Sequence record: OR836606.1
Reading direction: 5' to 3' (one strand)
Length of the DNA: 64,000 bases
The position numbers and the translations under genes are program-made. Below the pieces are notes generated by a model. That model was not told the origin of the DNA, did no database searches, and worked only from the letters and a program-made list of their open reading frames with translations. Positions 21,821 to 32,360 of this stretch are shown here, one piece after another (the first letter of the stretch is position 1; each line of letters opens with the position of its first letter).

Positions 21821-24800
21821 TTGGCTAGAAATAAAAAATTTAACACTAGTAAGATAGAGAAGGAGTTTAGAAATAACTCCTCCTCTAAATCTTCTAGAAA
21901 ATATATAGATACTGAATTTAATAAAAATTTAAATAATATAAATTCTAACGATATGAAACGTATGATGGATCAAAACAATCCATTAAAAGCAGTTAAAGAA
22001 TTAAAGAATAAAAAGAAAAAGCAACTACAAAAGATAAGTGAATCAACTAGAGATTTATCTAAAGAAGCTTTAGAATCTACTAAAAATACCTTTAAAACTG
22101 GAGAAACAATTCAAGATAAAGGATCATTAAAAAACTTCAATAGTATGGGTATGGATTTCAGTGGAGATTTTGAAGATTTTAGTTTTGATGATAGTTTTTC
22201 AGATATAGATTCCGACATAGATAATTCTTTAGATGATGGAGATTTCAAATTTGATGACTTTGATAAGGAAGATGATAATAAATCTAAAATAGTGTCTTCC
22301 ACAACAATTATCAATAATGACGGTTCTTCTGCTAAATCTACAGCACTATTAACTTCTTCTGTTTCTAATCTTTCTCAAATAAACACTACTGGATTTACTT
22401 CTATGATTAATAACCTTAATTTAATGAGGGAAGCTAATGATAATATTAGAGAAAGTATGTTCCAGAACTTAAACGGATTAATTCAAACTAGTAATGCTAT
22501 TAGACAAAATACTAAAATTAAAAATATATCCGAAATAAAGAATAGTAATTCATTAGAAGACTTATTTTTATCAAATATAACTTTATCAAATATATTAGAA
22601 GGATCTCAAGAAGAAGGATTTAAAGATAAAGCTAAAGACTTCATCAAAAAACAAGGAACAGAATTACTTAAAGAAGTTATTGGTTCTAAAAAACAAGGAA
22701 TTAAAAGTTCAGGTTTAGTTGATTTAGCTAAAGGTAAAGCTTTTGATTTCCTTAATAATGAAGATACTTTTATAGAGAAAGCGGTTGGCAAATTTGCTAA
22801 TAAAAAACTTAGTCCTTTTAGAGATAATGATAATGGTACTAAACAAAGGAAAAGAGATAAAAGAAGAGATGATTTACTTGAAGACGTTAAATTAGGTAAA
22901 AGCAAGTTAATTGATAAAATATTTGATAATGTAACTGGCGGTATATCAACTGCTAATAAAAAAGATAGAAATCAAAAAGTTGCTTTTGATGTGGAAACTC
23001 ATAATACAATTAATACAGTTATCCCTGGCTATTTATCTAAAATAGTTGGTTTAACTTCAGAAGATGGTCAAGAAATCCACTATGATTATGATTCAGGTTC
23101 TTTTAAAACTTCCAAATCTATTAAAAATGATATAGAAAAAAGAGTTAATAAAACTATCAAAGAATCTAGTTTTACTAAAGAATTTGAAAATATGGCTTCT
23201 GAAATGGGTATTGATCTGTTTAATAATGAAAGTAATAAAAATAAAGCCACATCTAAAATTAAAGAAATTATTTCTAGAAATATTAACAAAAGTGATGAAC
23301 TTGATCAAATTAAATCTAATGACCCAAATGACCCATTTAATATTCTTCTAGATAAAATATTTAATGATAAAGAAGCTAAAACTAGTTTAACTAAAACTAG
23401 AATGCAATTAAATAAAGAATCTAAAGATATTAAGAGAAAATTATCGGGTAGTTCTATAAATGCTCTTAATGACAAGAGTAAAAGAAAAGGTACTTCTAAA
23501 AATATTACATCCAAATTAAGTAATGGAAATAAAAGTGGTATTCTTAGTACTAACAAAGATACTTTATACGATAATATTAACTTTAATATCGTTAATAGAG
23601 ATATAAGTGAGATCAAAAAGATTGTTTCTAGAATAAATAATAAAATACCTGAGAAAAGATATAATAATTCTAACGATAGTAAGTCAAGTGACTTTATTAA
23701 TAATACAAATCAATCTAATGATAATATTTCCAGAGAAATAGATCCTAGAGAGCAAACTTTAAACCAAAATACTTCTTCTAGATCAAATCAGAATAGAGAA
23801 TATGATAATACTAAAAATGGAGATAATGGATCTACTATTATTCCTAATGAACAAATTTTAGAAGATGGACAAACAAAATCGTCTGAAAGTTCAGATAATA
23901 AAGATTTTATAGATAGAATAGAAGAAGCTCAAGATCTTATCGATAGCAATAAATATGTTAAAGAGAAATTTGACAAATATAAAAATAAAGGTAAAAACTT
24001 TGCTAAAGAAAAAATAGGTAAATTGTCCAATACTAAATTAGGTAGTAAAATAACTAGTATGGGCGGTGCTTTAACTGGTAAATTTGCTGCTGGCGGTGCT
24101 TTAATGGCAGGTGCAGGTAGTAGACTTAAAGGAAAACTTAAGGCTAGAGCTACTAGAATGGCTGCTGGAAAAGGTACTAAAAAAGCTATAGGTAAAGGAT
24201 TACTTAAAGCAGGTTCTAAAGTAGGTGCTCGTGTTGGGTTAAATGCTATTCCCGTAGTTGGACAAATTGCATCATTAGCATTAGCCGGTCCAGATATTAT
24301 TAGAACAATAGCCAATCCAATAGAATCGTTAAAACATCCAATTAAAACATTAGGTAGTATTATTGGTTTCAATGACCACCCTTCTAAAACTAAAAAAGAA
24401 CAAGAAAAGTTAGATTCAACTCAACCTGGCGGAGAAAATTTTGCAATTGATCCTTTAGTTGATACTAAAATGAATGGATCTATAGATAAATCTTCAATTA
24501 TTGGAGATTTTATTAAAGATAATCCATTATTAGCTTCCACTCCTTTATTAGGATTAGCAGGAATGGGTTTATATAAATCAATTGTAAAACCGGCATTCGG
24601 TTTAGGTATGAATATGGTTCAAAAAACTACCGGTATGGCTAAGAGTTTTGGAGATCAAACTGATATGGCTATGGAAGAGAAAACAAGTGGCTTTGGCGGT
24701 TTGATTAAAAAAGTTGTCGGCGGTGCTTCTATGTTAATGATGGCACCTTTGGCATTGGCTGGTAAAGGTTTAAGTAATTTAACTGGTATGACTTCAACGC

Positions 24801-27523
24801 TTCTTCAAGGAGGAACTGGTCTAATTAAATCTGGTTGGAATTGGTTAAACGAAAAATTCTCTAGTTATGAAGAAGAAATGGGAAATATGAGTAAAGAAAT
24901 GACTGAAGCTAGTAAAGAAGAATTAAGTTCATATCAAGAAGGAATTGAAAGTGAAGCATCTGATAGAGCTAAAAAAGAGATAGCGGAAATGCAAGGTATG
25001 TCAGATAAAGCTAATAAAGATGCTGAAAAACAAGTAAAAGAATCCGCAGAAAAAACCAGAGACGATATTAAAAAAGATGTAGATGAAACTATGAAGAATT
25101 CACCATTATCAATAATGGGTAGAATTGGTCATCAAATGAATAAATTGATGCCTAAAAATCTTATGAGTAAACTTAAGAAAACTCCTAAAAAATTAGCTGA
25201 AACTATGATGCGTATGTCTCCTTTTTATACTTTATTAAGTAAGAAGAAAAAGAAAAAATCTAAATTAGATATAAATGAGCCAGGCGGAGAAGTAGTTAAT
25301 ACTATTGGAGACTGGTTTGATAAGCTCGGCGGTATGATGAATGATATCATGGCTGGTTTTATGGCCGGCTCTGGATCAAGTTCAGCGGAAGCCTCTGAAA
25401 TCTCAGATGGCGATGCAGCTTCAGTAGGCGGAGAAGGCGCTGAGAAAATATGGAATTTCCTAACTGGTAAGGGACTATCAGAAGAACAAGTTGCAGGTAT
25501 ATTAGGTAACTTTGAACATGAATCTGGAAATAGACCAGATAGAGTTCAAGGAGATGTAGCATTTGACGAAGCAAAAGCAAATAGTTCTATATCAGGTTAT
25601 GGTATAGGTATTGCTCAATGGGATAATGTCCGTAGACAAGGTTTAATGAAGTATGCTAAAAAACAAGGTAAAAAATGGAGTGACTTGGATTTACAATTAG
25701 ATTATTTATGGTATGAATTACAAGGTCCCGAAAGTGCTGCGTTTTCACATCTTAAATCTACTAAAACAGTAGAACAAGCTGCTGCTTCATGGGTGAGTAA
25801 ATATGAAAGAGCGGGTGTACCTGCATTAGGAAACCGTGTATCCTCAGGAAATGCTTTTCTTAAAAAATTTAGTGGTTCTTCTAAAAAATCAACTAAGAAA
25901 AAAGGCGGCGGTGGAGGAGGCTCTAATACAATAGATACTGCTTACTTAAAACAATTTTCTAATATGAGTTCTTCCACTAAAAATATTAATGTAAGAAAAG
26001 TTGCTTATAAAAATAAAGGACTAATTAAAGGAAATCCTCCTATTCAAAAAGGCGGCGGTGGAGGAGGCAGTAGTGGCAACGTTCAAGCTAAAATTAAGAA
26101 AGCTGTAGAATGGGCCAAGAAACAAGTTGGAGCTTCTTACTCACAACCTAACCGTGATGGTGCTAATTCATTTGACTGTTCAAGTTTAGTCTATCGTTCT
26201 TATAGAAAAGCAGGATTAACTGATGTTCCACAAGGTGCTACTACACATACTTTTTGGGATGGAGGTACTCCTTTCGAAAAAATAAACCCTAAAAAAGATG
26301 GATTAAAAGTTGGAGATATTATTTTATGCGCTAATGTGGAACACGTAACAATCTATATCGGTAATGGAAAACAAGTAGAGTCAAATGGAGTTGAAGGCGT
26401 TGTTATCAACAGTGCGAATAAATATAAAAATCAATTTGGTATAGATGGATACATGCGTTATAAAGGCGGCGGACCAAGTGATGGAGGATCTGATAGTGAA
26501 GAGTCTGGAGGAGATTCTCCAGGCGCTTCAGAATACAGCTTTAAAAATGGCACTTGGTACGGATCAATTACTGGTCGTGATGATAACCGTATGGATGAAG
26601 AAGAACAAGAAGCTTTAAATGACCGTTTAATGAAACGTTATGCTCAGATATATGGAATTGATTATGAAGAAGCTAAGAAAATTGACCAAGAACAACAAGA
26701 AAAACTTAAATCTGAAGCTGGCAAGAAAAAATCTGAGTCAGGATCTTCATCTGGTTCGGAAGGATCAACGGGTTCATCTAGTTCAAGTGGATCTGATGGA
26801 AGAGATGGGTCAAATGGACAAGATGGATCATCTTCATCAACTTCAGGTCAATCTCAACAACAAGGTTCAGGAAATTCTTCTGGAGGAAGTACTGTAATTA
26901 ACAATGGAGGAAATACTAATTCTACTATAGTTAATAATAATTATACTTCACCAGGTGCCGCTACTAGTAATTCAACTACCCAACAAATAATTCAAGGGAA
27001 TAATAATACTGTAAGAAATATTTATAATATCACTAATAATTATAATAATTCCACGGTATCTTACAAAAATGGTCCTATGAAAGTTGATAATCAAAAACGC
27101 ATGGATTTAGATGAAATTACTAAGCATACAAGCAATATTGATAAGAATACGGCTAAAATGTTAGAACAGCTTAAGAAAATGTCATTTAAAGGTAATAACT
27201 CTATTATTAATAATAAAGGTAATAATATCTTTAATAACACTACTATCAATGATAAAGGTGACTTAGTTGACCCTAAAGGTAATGTAATTATCAAAGAAAT
27301 TAATAAAGAAATTGATAAAATCATTAAGGACAATTTACAAAATAACCCAGATATTATTAATAATGGTAATATTAATCCTAATGATTCATATAATCCTGGT
27401 ACTGGTGGAAATAACGGTCCTTCACAAGGAGATCCAGATCTTCAAGAAGCTATTAATAGATCTTATGGAGATCAATTTAATATTGACGTGAGATCTGCTA
27501 TACCAGTATTTTCAGGTAAATAA
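21821..27523 (+). CDS. Giant tail-associated lysin / tape-measure-like protein B (phage tail lysozyme + NlpC/P60)
   Basis: AGILGNFEHESG..GIAQW..QLDYLWYEL lysozyme-type motif (~25440-25870); FDCSSLV..GDIIL..HVTIYIGNG NlpC/P60 (~26080-26465); paralog of protein A. Confidence 0.8.
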   Translation: MARNKKFNTSKIEKEFRNNSSSKSSRKYIDTEFNKNLNNINSNDMKRMMDQNNPLKAVKELKNKKKKQLQKISESTRDLSKEALESTKNTFKTGETIQDKGSLKNFNSMGMDFSGDFEDFSFDDSFSDIDSDIDNSLDDGDFKFDDFDKEDDNKSKIVSSTTIINNDGSSAKSTALLTSSVSNLSQINTTGFTSMINNLNLMREANDNIRESMFQNLNGLIQTSNAIRQNTKIKNISEIKNSNSLEDLFLSNITLSNILEGSQEEGFKDKAKDFIKKQGTELLKEVIGSKKQGIKSSGLVDLAKGKAFDFLNNEDTFIEKAVGKFANKKLSPFRDNDNGTKQRKRDKRRDDLLEDVKLGKSKLIDKIFDNVTGGISTANKKDRNQKVAFDVETHNTINTVIPGYLSKIVGLTSEDGQEIHYDYDSGSFKTSKSIKNDIEKRVNKTIKESSFTKEFENMASEMGIDLFNNESNKNKATSKIKEIISRNINKSDELDQIKSNDPNDPFNILLDKIFNDKEAKTSLTKTRMQLNKESKDIKRKLSGSSINALNDKSKRKGTSKNITSKLSNGNKSGILSTNKDTLYDNINFNIVNRDISEIKKIVSRINNKIPEKRYNNSNDSKSSDFINNTNQSNDNISREIDPREQTLNQNTSSRSNQNREYDNTKNGDNGSTIIPNEQILEDGQTKSSESSDNKDFIDRIEEAQDLIDSNKYVKEKFDKYKNKGKNFAKEKIGKLSNTKLGSKITSMGGALTGKFAAGGALMAGAGSRLKGKLKARATRMAAGKGTKKAIGKGLLKAGSKVGARVGLNAIPVVGQIASLALAGPDIIRTIANPIESLKHPIKTLGSIIGFNDHPSKTKKEQEKLDSTQPGGENFAIDPLVDTKMNGSIDKSSIIGDFIKDNPLLASTPLLGLAGMGLYKSIVKPAFGLGMNMVQKTTGMAKSFGDQTDMAMEEKTSGFGGLIKKVVGGASMLMMAPLALAGKGLSNLTGMTSTLLQGGTGLIKSGWNWLNEKFSSYEEEMGNMSKEMTEASKEELSSYQEGIESEASDRAKKEIAEMQGMSDKANKDAEKQVKESAEKTRDDIKKDVDETMKNSPLSIMGRIGHQMNKLMPKNLMSKLKKTPKKLAETMMRMSPFYTLLSKKKKKKSKLDINEPGGEVVNTIGDWFDKLGGMMNDIMAGFMAGSGSSSAEASEISDGDAASVGGEGAEKIWNFLTGKGLSEEQVAGILGNFEHESGNRPDRVQGDVAFDEAKANSSISGYGIGIAQWDNVRRQGLMKYAKKQGKKWSDLDLQLDYLWYELQGPESAAFSHLKSTKTVEQAAASWVSKYERAGVPALGNRVSSGNAFLKKFSGSSKKSTKKKGGGGGGSNTIDTAYLKQFSNMSSSTKNINVRKVAYKNKGLIKGNPPIQKGGGGGGSSGNVQAKIKKAVEWAKKQVGASYSQPNRDGANSFDCSSLVYRSYRKAGLTDVPQGATTHTFWDGGTPFEKINPKKDGLKVGDIILCANVEHVTIYIGNGKQVESNGVEGVVINSANKYKNQFGIDGYMRYKGGGPSDGGSDSEESGGDSPGASEYSFKNGTWYGSITGRDDNRMDEEEQEALNDRLMKRYAQIYGIDYEEAKKIDQEQQEKLKSEAGKKKSESGSSSGSEGSTGSSSSSGSDGRDGSNGQDGSSSSTSGQSQQQGSGNSSGGSTVINNGGNTNSTIVNNNYTSPGAATSNSTTQQIIQGNNNTVRNIYNITNNYNNSTVSYKNGPMKVDNQKRMDLDEITKHTSNIDKNTAKMLEQLKKMSFKGNNSIINNKGNNIFNNTTINDKGDLVDPKGNVIIKEINKEIDKIIKDNLQNNPDIINNGNINPNDSYNPGTGGNNGPSQGDPDLQEAINRSYGDQFNIDVRSAIPVFSGK

Positions 27524-27582
27524 AGTTAATGATTTAAATAAATAGAAGAACAACTTTTTTATATAGTAAAAATTATGCGGAT

Positions 27583-29142
27583 ATGACAATTTATTATATG
27601 TCATATCCGCATATATTATTTCAGAAATTAAAAAAGGATGTGAAATCTAAATTGCCTAATGAAAAAGATATAAAAGAACAAATTGAAAAAGCTGAGAAAA
27701 AAGCCAAAGAAAAAGAAATGGAAAAGCTTAATATTAGAGATGAAGATATAGCATTAATACCTCAGCCTGATGAAGGTAAAGGAGATTACGATTTCCATGA
27801 ATATGATCCTAGTCAAAATGATTTAGGTGTATTTAAAGACGCTACAGGTAATACTCGTGACATTTCTGAGTATGGAGCTTCTGATAAAACTAAATTGAGA
27901 AATGTTAAAGGGGAGTTAGATGTATTTGGAATGCCTATGTACTATTCTAGCTTAGATGATCCTAATAGAAGAATATATAAAAGAACATTTGAGTTAGATT
28001 TGCCTTTAGTATTTATAATGCCAGGTATGCCTAAATTAAATGGTAAACTATTTGGTAAACCGGGTGAAGGAAAATTATGGAGTTTTGGAGAAGGTTTAGA
28101 CAGATTAGCAAATACTACTGCTGGTTTAGTCGGTATAGGTAATACTAAAGATGGGCGTATGGTTAGTTTTGAACCTAAAATGAGTGAGTACTATAAATAC
28201 GTGCAAACTATGGGAAGTCAATTACATGCTTCTATGGGTTTAAAAGGTTCATTTGATTTGGGTGGCTCTCTAGATGATAAAAACTATGGATTAGCTTATT
28301 ATGCTGATAAAGCTACTAGTGTATCTGAATCTGGAATGCATGAATATAATCAATCTGATATAGCTTCTCAAATTAATAATAAAAACCAAGAAATTCGTGA
28401 AGAAAAAGAAATGGCTCGTATTGGAGGAGCTTCTATTTTAGGTAAAATTACAAGATCTATTAAAGATAGTATCAATGATATGGTTGCAAGTATGCCAGTA
28501 TTGGGTGGTATAGTTGGTAACTTTATGGAAAACCTAGATGGTGCGTCTATGTATTATCCTGATATTTGGATGAATTCAACTTTTGACCGTACTTATAATT
28601 TAGAATTTAAATTCTATAGTGCGTATGGAGATCCTCAATCTATTTTTGAAAATGTATACTTGCCATTTATGTCATTATTAGTATTAGCTTTACCTTTACA
28701 AGATTCTATTTTCTCATATAAACAACCATTCATTGTTAGAGCAAATTGTCCTGGTAGATTTGAATGCCATACAGGTATTATAACATCAATGAATATAGTT
28801 CGTGGAGAAGAAGGTACATGGACAGCAGATGGTTTCCCTAGAGAAATAACAGTTTCACTAAATGTAAGAGATATGTACCCTAACTTAATGGCATCAAAAT
28901 CATTCCAACGTATGAAATTTAATACAGGTTTAATTTCTTATATTGATTGTTTAGCAGGTATTAGAAGAGATCAACTATCAATTATAGATAAAGCTCAAAT
29001 TAATATGCAAAATCAATATTCAAGAAGTATGCAAGTGTTAAAAGGAAGAGTATTTAAACAGCAAATAGATGATACAATTTATGGTTATAAATCTCAAACA
29101 AACCCTCATCCTAACAGTGCTATTGGAAGTACATTATCATAA
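27583..29142 (+). CDS. Putative baseplate/tail tube initiator (T4 gp48/gp54-like)
   Basis: C-terminal CPGRFEC..IITSMNIVRG..WTADGFPREITVSL pattern; follows tail lysins. Confidence 0.5.
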   Translation: MTIYYMSYPHILFQKLKKDVKSKLPNEKDIKEQIEKAEKKAKEKEMEKLNIRDEDIALIPQPDEGKGDYDFHEYDPSQNDLGVFKDATGNTRDISEYGASDKTKLRNVKGELDVFGMPMYYSSLDDPNRRIYKRTFELDLPLVFIMPGMPKLNGKLFGKPGEGKLWSFGEGLDRLANTTAGLVGIGNTKDGRMVSFEPKMSEYYKYVQTMGSQLHASMGLKGSFDLGGSLDDKNYGLAYYADKATSVSESGMHEYNQSDIASQINNKNQEIREEKEMARIGGASILGKITRSIKDSINDMVASMPVLGGIVGNFMENLDGASMYYPDIWMNSTFDRTYNLEFKFYSAYGDPQSIFENVYLPFMSLLVLALPLQDSIFSYKQPFIVRANCPGRFECHTGIITSMNIVRGEEGTWTADGFPREITVSLNVRDMYPNLMASKSFQRMKFNTGLISYIDCLAGIRRDQLSIIDKAQINMQNQYSRSMQVLKGRVFKQQIDDTIYGYKSQTNPHPNSAIGSTLS

Positions 29143-29172
29143 AATATTATAGAAAAGAGTTGAGTTATTATA

Positions 29173-31338
29173 ATGAAGCTTTATAGAATAGAAGAATTAA
29201 TTGACAGAAATAATAATGGTGAAATTGTTATTACTAAAATTAAAGATAATGAAAATAGACCATTGATTACAACCAAAACTAAAAAGAAAGAAAAATTATT
29301 ATTAAAAATAGAATTTGATTCTGAAGAATATAAAAAATTATCTTTTAATGAATATGAAGAGGTTAATCTATTTGAATCAACTTCATATATTAAAAAAGAA
29401 TATGGTATTGAAAATCCCATATTAAAACAAAACGAATTAACTAAAGATGTTTTAGTATATGAAGAAAGACCTTATGAATTAATTGGTGAATTAAAATATG
29501 ATTTATTCACTATTTATTATAATTACTTAGGTAAAATGGAAAGAATATACGATACCAACTATATAGGTAATATCGAGTATGAAGATTTAAATTTTAATAA
29601 TTTGGTAGAAAGAGAGGTGAAAATTGAGCCGTATCCGCCAATTTATAGAGATAATAATAAATACCCTAAAGATTATGCGTTTAATCAAAAAATATTAAAA
29701 GAATCTGAATTAGTAGATGGAATTATATATAATGGTTTAATAGAAGATGGAAGAATATTCTATGATGCATATTTAGGAGATACTTATAGAACTAGAGAAA
29801 GTGATTTCGATGGAGCATATAAGCGTAATTCAGGATATGACAGGTTCTTAGGAAAAGGATATGTGACTATAGAAGATGGAATATTAGAAATGAAAATTAA
29901 TATCCCTAAATCTTCTTATTATGAAGTAAGATTTGGTGCTGGAAACCATTATAATAATGGTACAGTAAATAAAGTGTTTATAGATAATGTAGGAAGTTAT
30001 TTTAGAACTCCTACGAATAGAAGTTTAGTTTGGTTTAGATCTATATTAGAAAAATATAATGACACAACAGATGAATATTTTGAAGAGGAACCAATATATT
30101 TAGAAAAAGGAACTCATACATTTAAATTTGAATATGATAAAAACTTCTCTACTAAAGAAAATGATATAGATGTTATATTACTAAAAGAAGTTGAATTTCC
30201 TGAAGCTAAAAATCCTTTCTATTCTAAAAAAGAAAATTATTTCAAAGTAGGAACTAGAACTATAATACCTATCAAAGATTTCTATATAGATAACGATTCT
30301 TATAATCAAGGAACTGGTAAAACTTTAGAGACTTTTAAAATAGATAATAATGCCACGAATATAGAAGAAGTTAGTAGTTTATCTGATAAATTTTCTTTAA
30401 CTACAGGAACTGTCAAGAATATTGTAACTTTAACTGAATCTGGAATGTATGATTTTAAAATATTGTTTAGAAGAAAATTTAATAATGATGAAATAAAGAA
30501 TTCTAAACAAGAGGAAGCTGTAGTAAATATTAATGGTAAAAACTATATTGCTAAGGTTCATGAAGATCATAACAATTTGTGTACTTTAGGTCTTTATAAA
30601 AGATTTCCCGAAATGAATATAGATGAATATATCAATGAAATTTATCTTAGAAAAGAAAATAATATACAAATAACTACAGCTGATGAAAATAATTTCTTAT
30701 TTGATTCTCTTATTATAAATTCAAATACTGTTAAGAAACATTCAGATGTTAATAAAAAGGCATTAGTATATCCTAATATTAAAAATTATTATTTTATATA
30801 TGAAGATTATGTAATGACCAATGGAAATAATGAATTAAATAATATTGATTCAGATACTGACCCTAGATCATTTGATAGTATTCAATCATACAGTAATGAA
30901 GGAATTGAGTATTATATTAAAGAAGAACCAATACATTATGCGCTTAATAATTTTGACTGGAAAGATAAAAAATTAAAATATGAAGTTCATTATAAGAATA
31001 ATATTCAAGGATTAGAAATTAAAGTTCCTATTGAATCTTATTACTTGCCTAAATTATTAATGATTCATGATGATATGGATTTTGATAGATATATGATATT
31101 TAAGCCTTATATATTTGAATCTATCAAATATACATCTAATGATTTAAGTTATGAAAATTATATACAAAAATTTAGTAAATATGATTCTAAATTAGTTCCT
31201 TTACAAAATTATACAGATGAATTATTATCAGAAATGATATATGACCTTGGAGAAGATTGGAAAGATAGACTATTGAACGAGGTAGTAAATCTGGATGACA
31301 TAACATTTTGTCATATTTACAGCAGAATTAATAAATAA
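29173..31338 (+). CDS. Hypothetical virion-associated protein (721 aa), beta-sandwich-like segments
   Basis: Long ORF; YYEVRFG / IYLEKGTHTF patterns reminiscent of carbohydrate-binding modules. Confidence 0.6.
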   Translation: MKLYRIEELIDRNNNGEIVITKIKDNENRPLITTKTKKKEKLLLKIEFDSEEYKKLSFNEYEEVNLFESTSYIKKEYGIENPILKQNELTKDVLVYEERPYELIGELKYDLFTIYYNYLGKMERIYDTNYIGNIEYEDLNFNNLVEREVKIEPYPPIYRDNNKYPKDYAFNQKILKESELVDGIIYNGLIEDGRIFYDAYLGDTYRTRESDFDGAYKRNSGYDRFLGKGYVTIEDGILEMKINIPKSSYYEVRFGAGNHYNNGTVNKVFIDNVGSYFRTPTNRSLVWFRSILEKYNDTTDEYFEEEPIYLEKGTHTFKFEYDKNFSTKENDIDVILLKEVEFPEAKNPFYSKKENYFKVGTRTIIPIKDFYIDNDSYNQGTGKTLETFKIDNNATNIEEVSSLSDKFSLTTGTVKNIVTLTESGMYDFKILFRRKFNNDEIKNSKQEEAVVNINGKNYIAKVHEDHNNLCTLGLYKRFPEMNIDEYINEIYLRKENNIQITTADENNFLFDSLIINSNTVKKHSDVNKKALVYPNIKNYYFIYEDYVMTNGNNELNNIDSDTDPRSFDSIQSYSNEGIEYYIKEEPIHYALNNFDWKDKKLKYEVHYKNNIQGLEIKVPIESYYLPKLLMIHDDMDFDRYMIFKPYIFESIKYTSNDLSYENYIQKFSKYDSKLVPLQNYTDELLSEMIYDLGEDWKDRLLNEVVNLDDITFCHIYSRINK

Positions 31339-31350
31339 TTCAAAAATATT

Positions 31351-31380
31351 CCCCTAATACTAAATTAATAGTATTAGGGG
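31351..31380. terminator. Bidirectional terminator hairpin
   Basis: CCCCTAATAC/GTATTAGGGG stem between convergent genes. Confidence 0.8.
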
Positions 31381-31400
31381 ATTTTATTTGAGAAAATCTA

Positions 31401-32207
31401 TTATTTAAGATCTCCGTTACCAGAGCCGGTGATTCCGCCTTTATTATAGTCGAAATCAGATAAGTTGTCACCAGCAGTTTTAGGTGCAGCTGGATCGAAC
31501 ATACCTTGTTCAGTGAAGCTGTAAATTTCATTAAGTTTAGATTTAGCAAAATCATTTACACGTGAAGAGATTTCCATATTACCTGCAAAGTCTTGCTCAA
31601 TTTGTGCTTCTTCATGAGTTTCCATAGTGTAGTTATGGTGATCAAGAGAAATACGAGTAGGCATTACTGCAGTGTAATAAGCAGCGAATTCAATATTATT
31701 TTTAGATGTATTATTAGCATCCGGACGAGTTTGGATATATAATAATTCACCTGTATGGTTTTTAGCAGCATATTCTAAATTATGAATTTTAGGATAAGTT
31801 GCAATACCAGTACGAGGATCACGGATACCAGATACCCAATATTGATACATATTTTTAATTGGACTACCAGAAAATTCTTGGTGAGTCATTTGGAAACCAG
31901 TGTTTCCTTTTGTAATACTAGCGGCTGTACGATAGTTATTACCATTAAACGTATGCATATATTCATTTGTAGTCATTTCAATATTTTCTAAACCTTGGAA
32001 TGATTTAAAGTTCTTTTGTGTCATAGCTTTAAATCCAGGGAATTGTTTTTCAACCCAAGAAGGAATTTTAGTCCATACTATGAACGAATAACCAGTTACG
32101 AATGGATCAAACTCAAGAGTTTGAAGGTTCATATGTCCATTATAGAACCATTTGTTCTTAGCGATGTTATTGTCAAACACACGCTGATTTTTACTTGGTA
32201 AAATCAT
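31401..32207 (-). CDS. Tail tube protein
   Basis: 268 aa gene directly downstream of the sheath; host-like high-expression codon usage. Confidence 0.65.
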   Translation of the reverse strand: MILPSKNQRVFDNNIAKNKWFYNGHMNLQTLEFDPFVTGYSFIVWTKIPSWVEKQFPGFKAMTQKNFKSFQGLENIEMTTNEYMHTFNGNNYRTAASITKGNTGFQMTHQEFSGSPIKNMYQYWVSGIRDPRTGIATYPKIHNLEYAAKNHTGELLYIQTRPDANNTSKNNIEFAAYYTAVMPTRISLDHHNYTMETHEEAQIEQDFAGNMEISSRVNDFAKSKLNEIYSFTEQGMFDPAAPKTAGDNLSDFDYNKGGITGSGNGDLK

Positions 32208-32318
32208 ATATTATTTTCTCCTTTTCATTAATCTTATTTACATAAATGTATATTATAGAAGTTTATATATCATCTTCATACTTATAATTTAATATAAGAT
32301 CTTTATTTATATAATAAA

Positions 32319-32352
32319 ATAGGATACGACTGTATATTAAGTCGTATCCTAT
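32319..32352 (-). terminator. Terminator hairpin after sheath gene
   Basis: ATAGGATACGACT/AGTCGTATCCTAT inverted repeat. Confidence 0.65.
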
Positions 32353-32360
32353 AAATTTAA

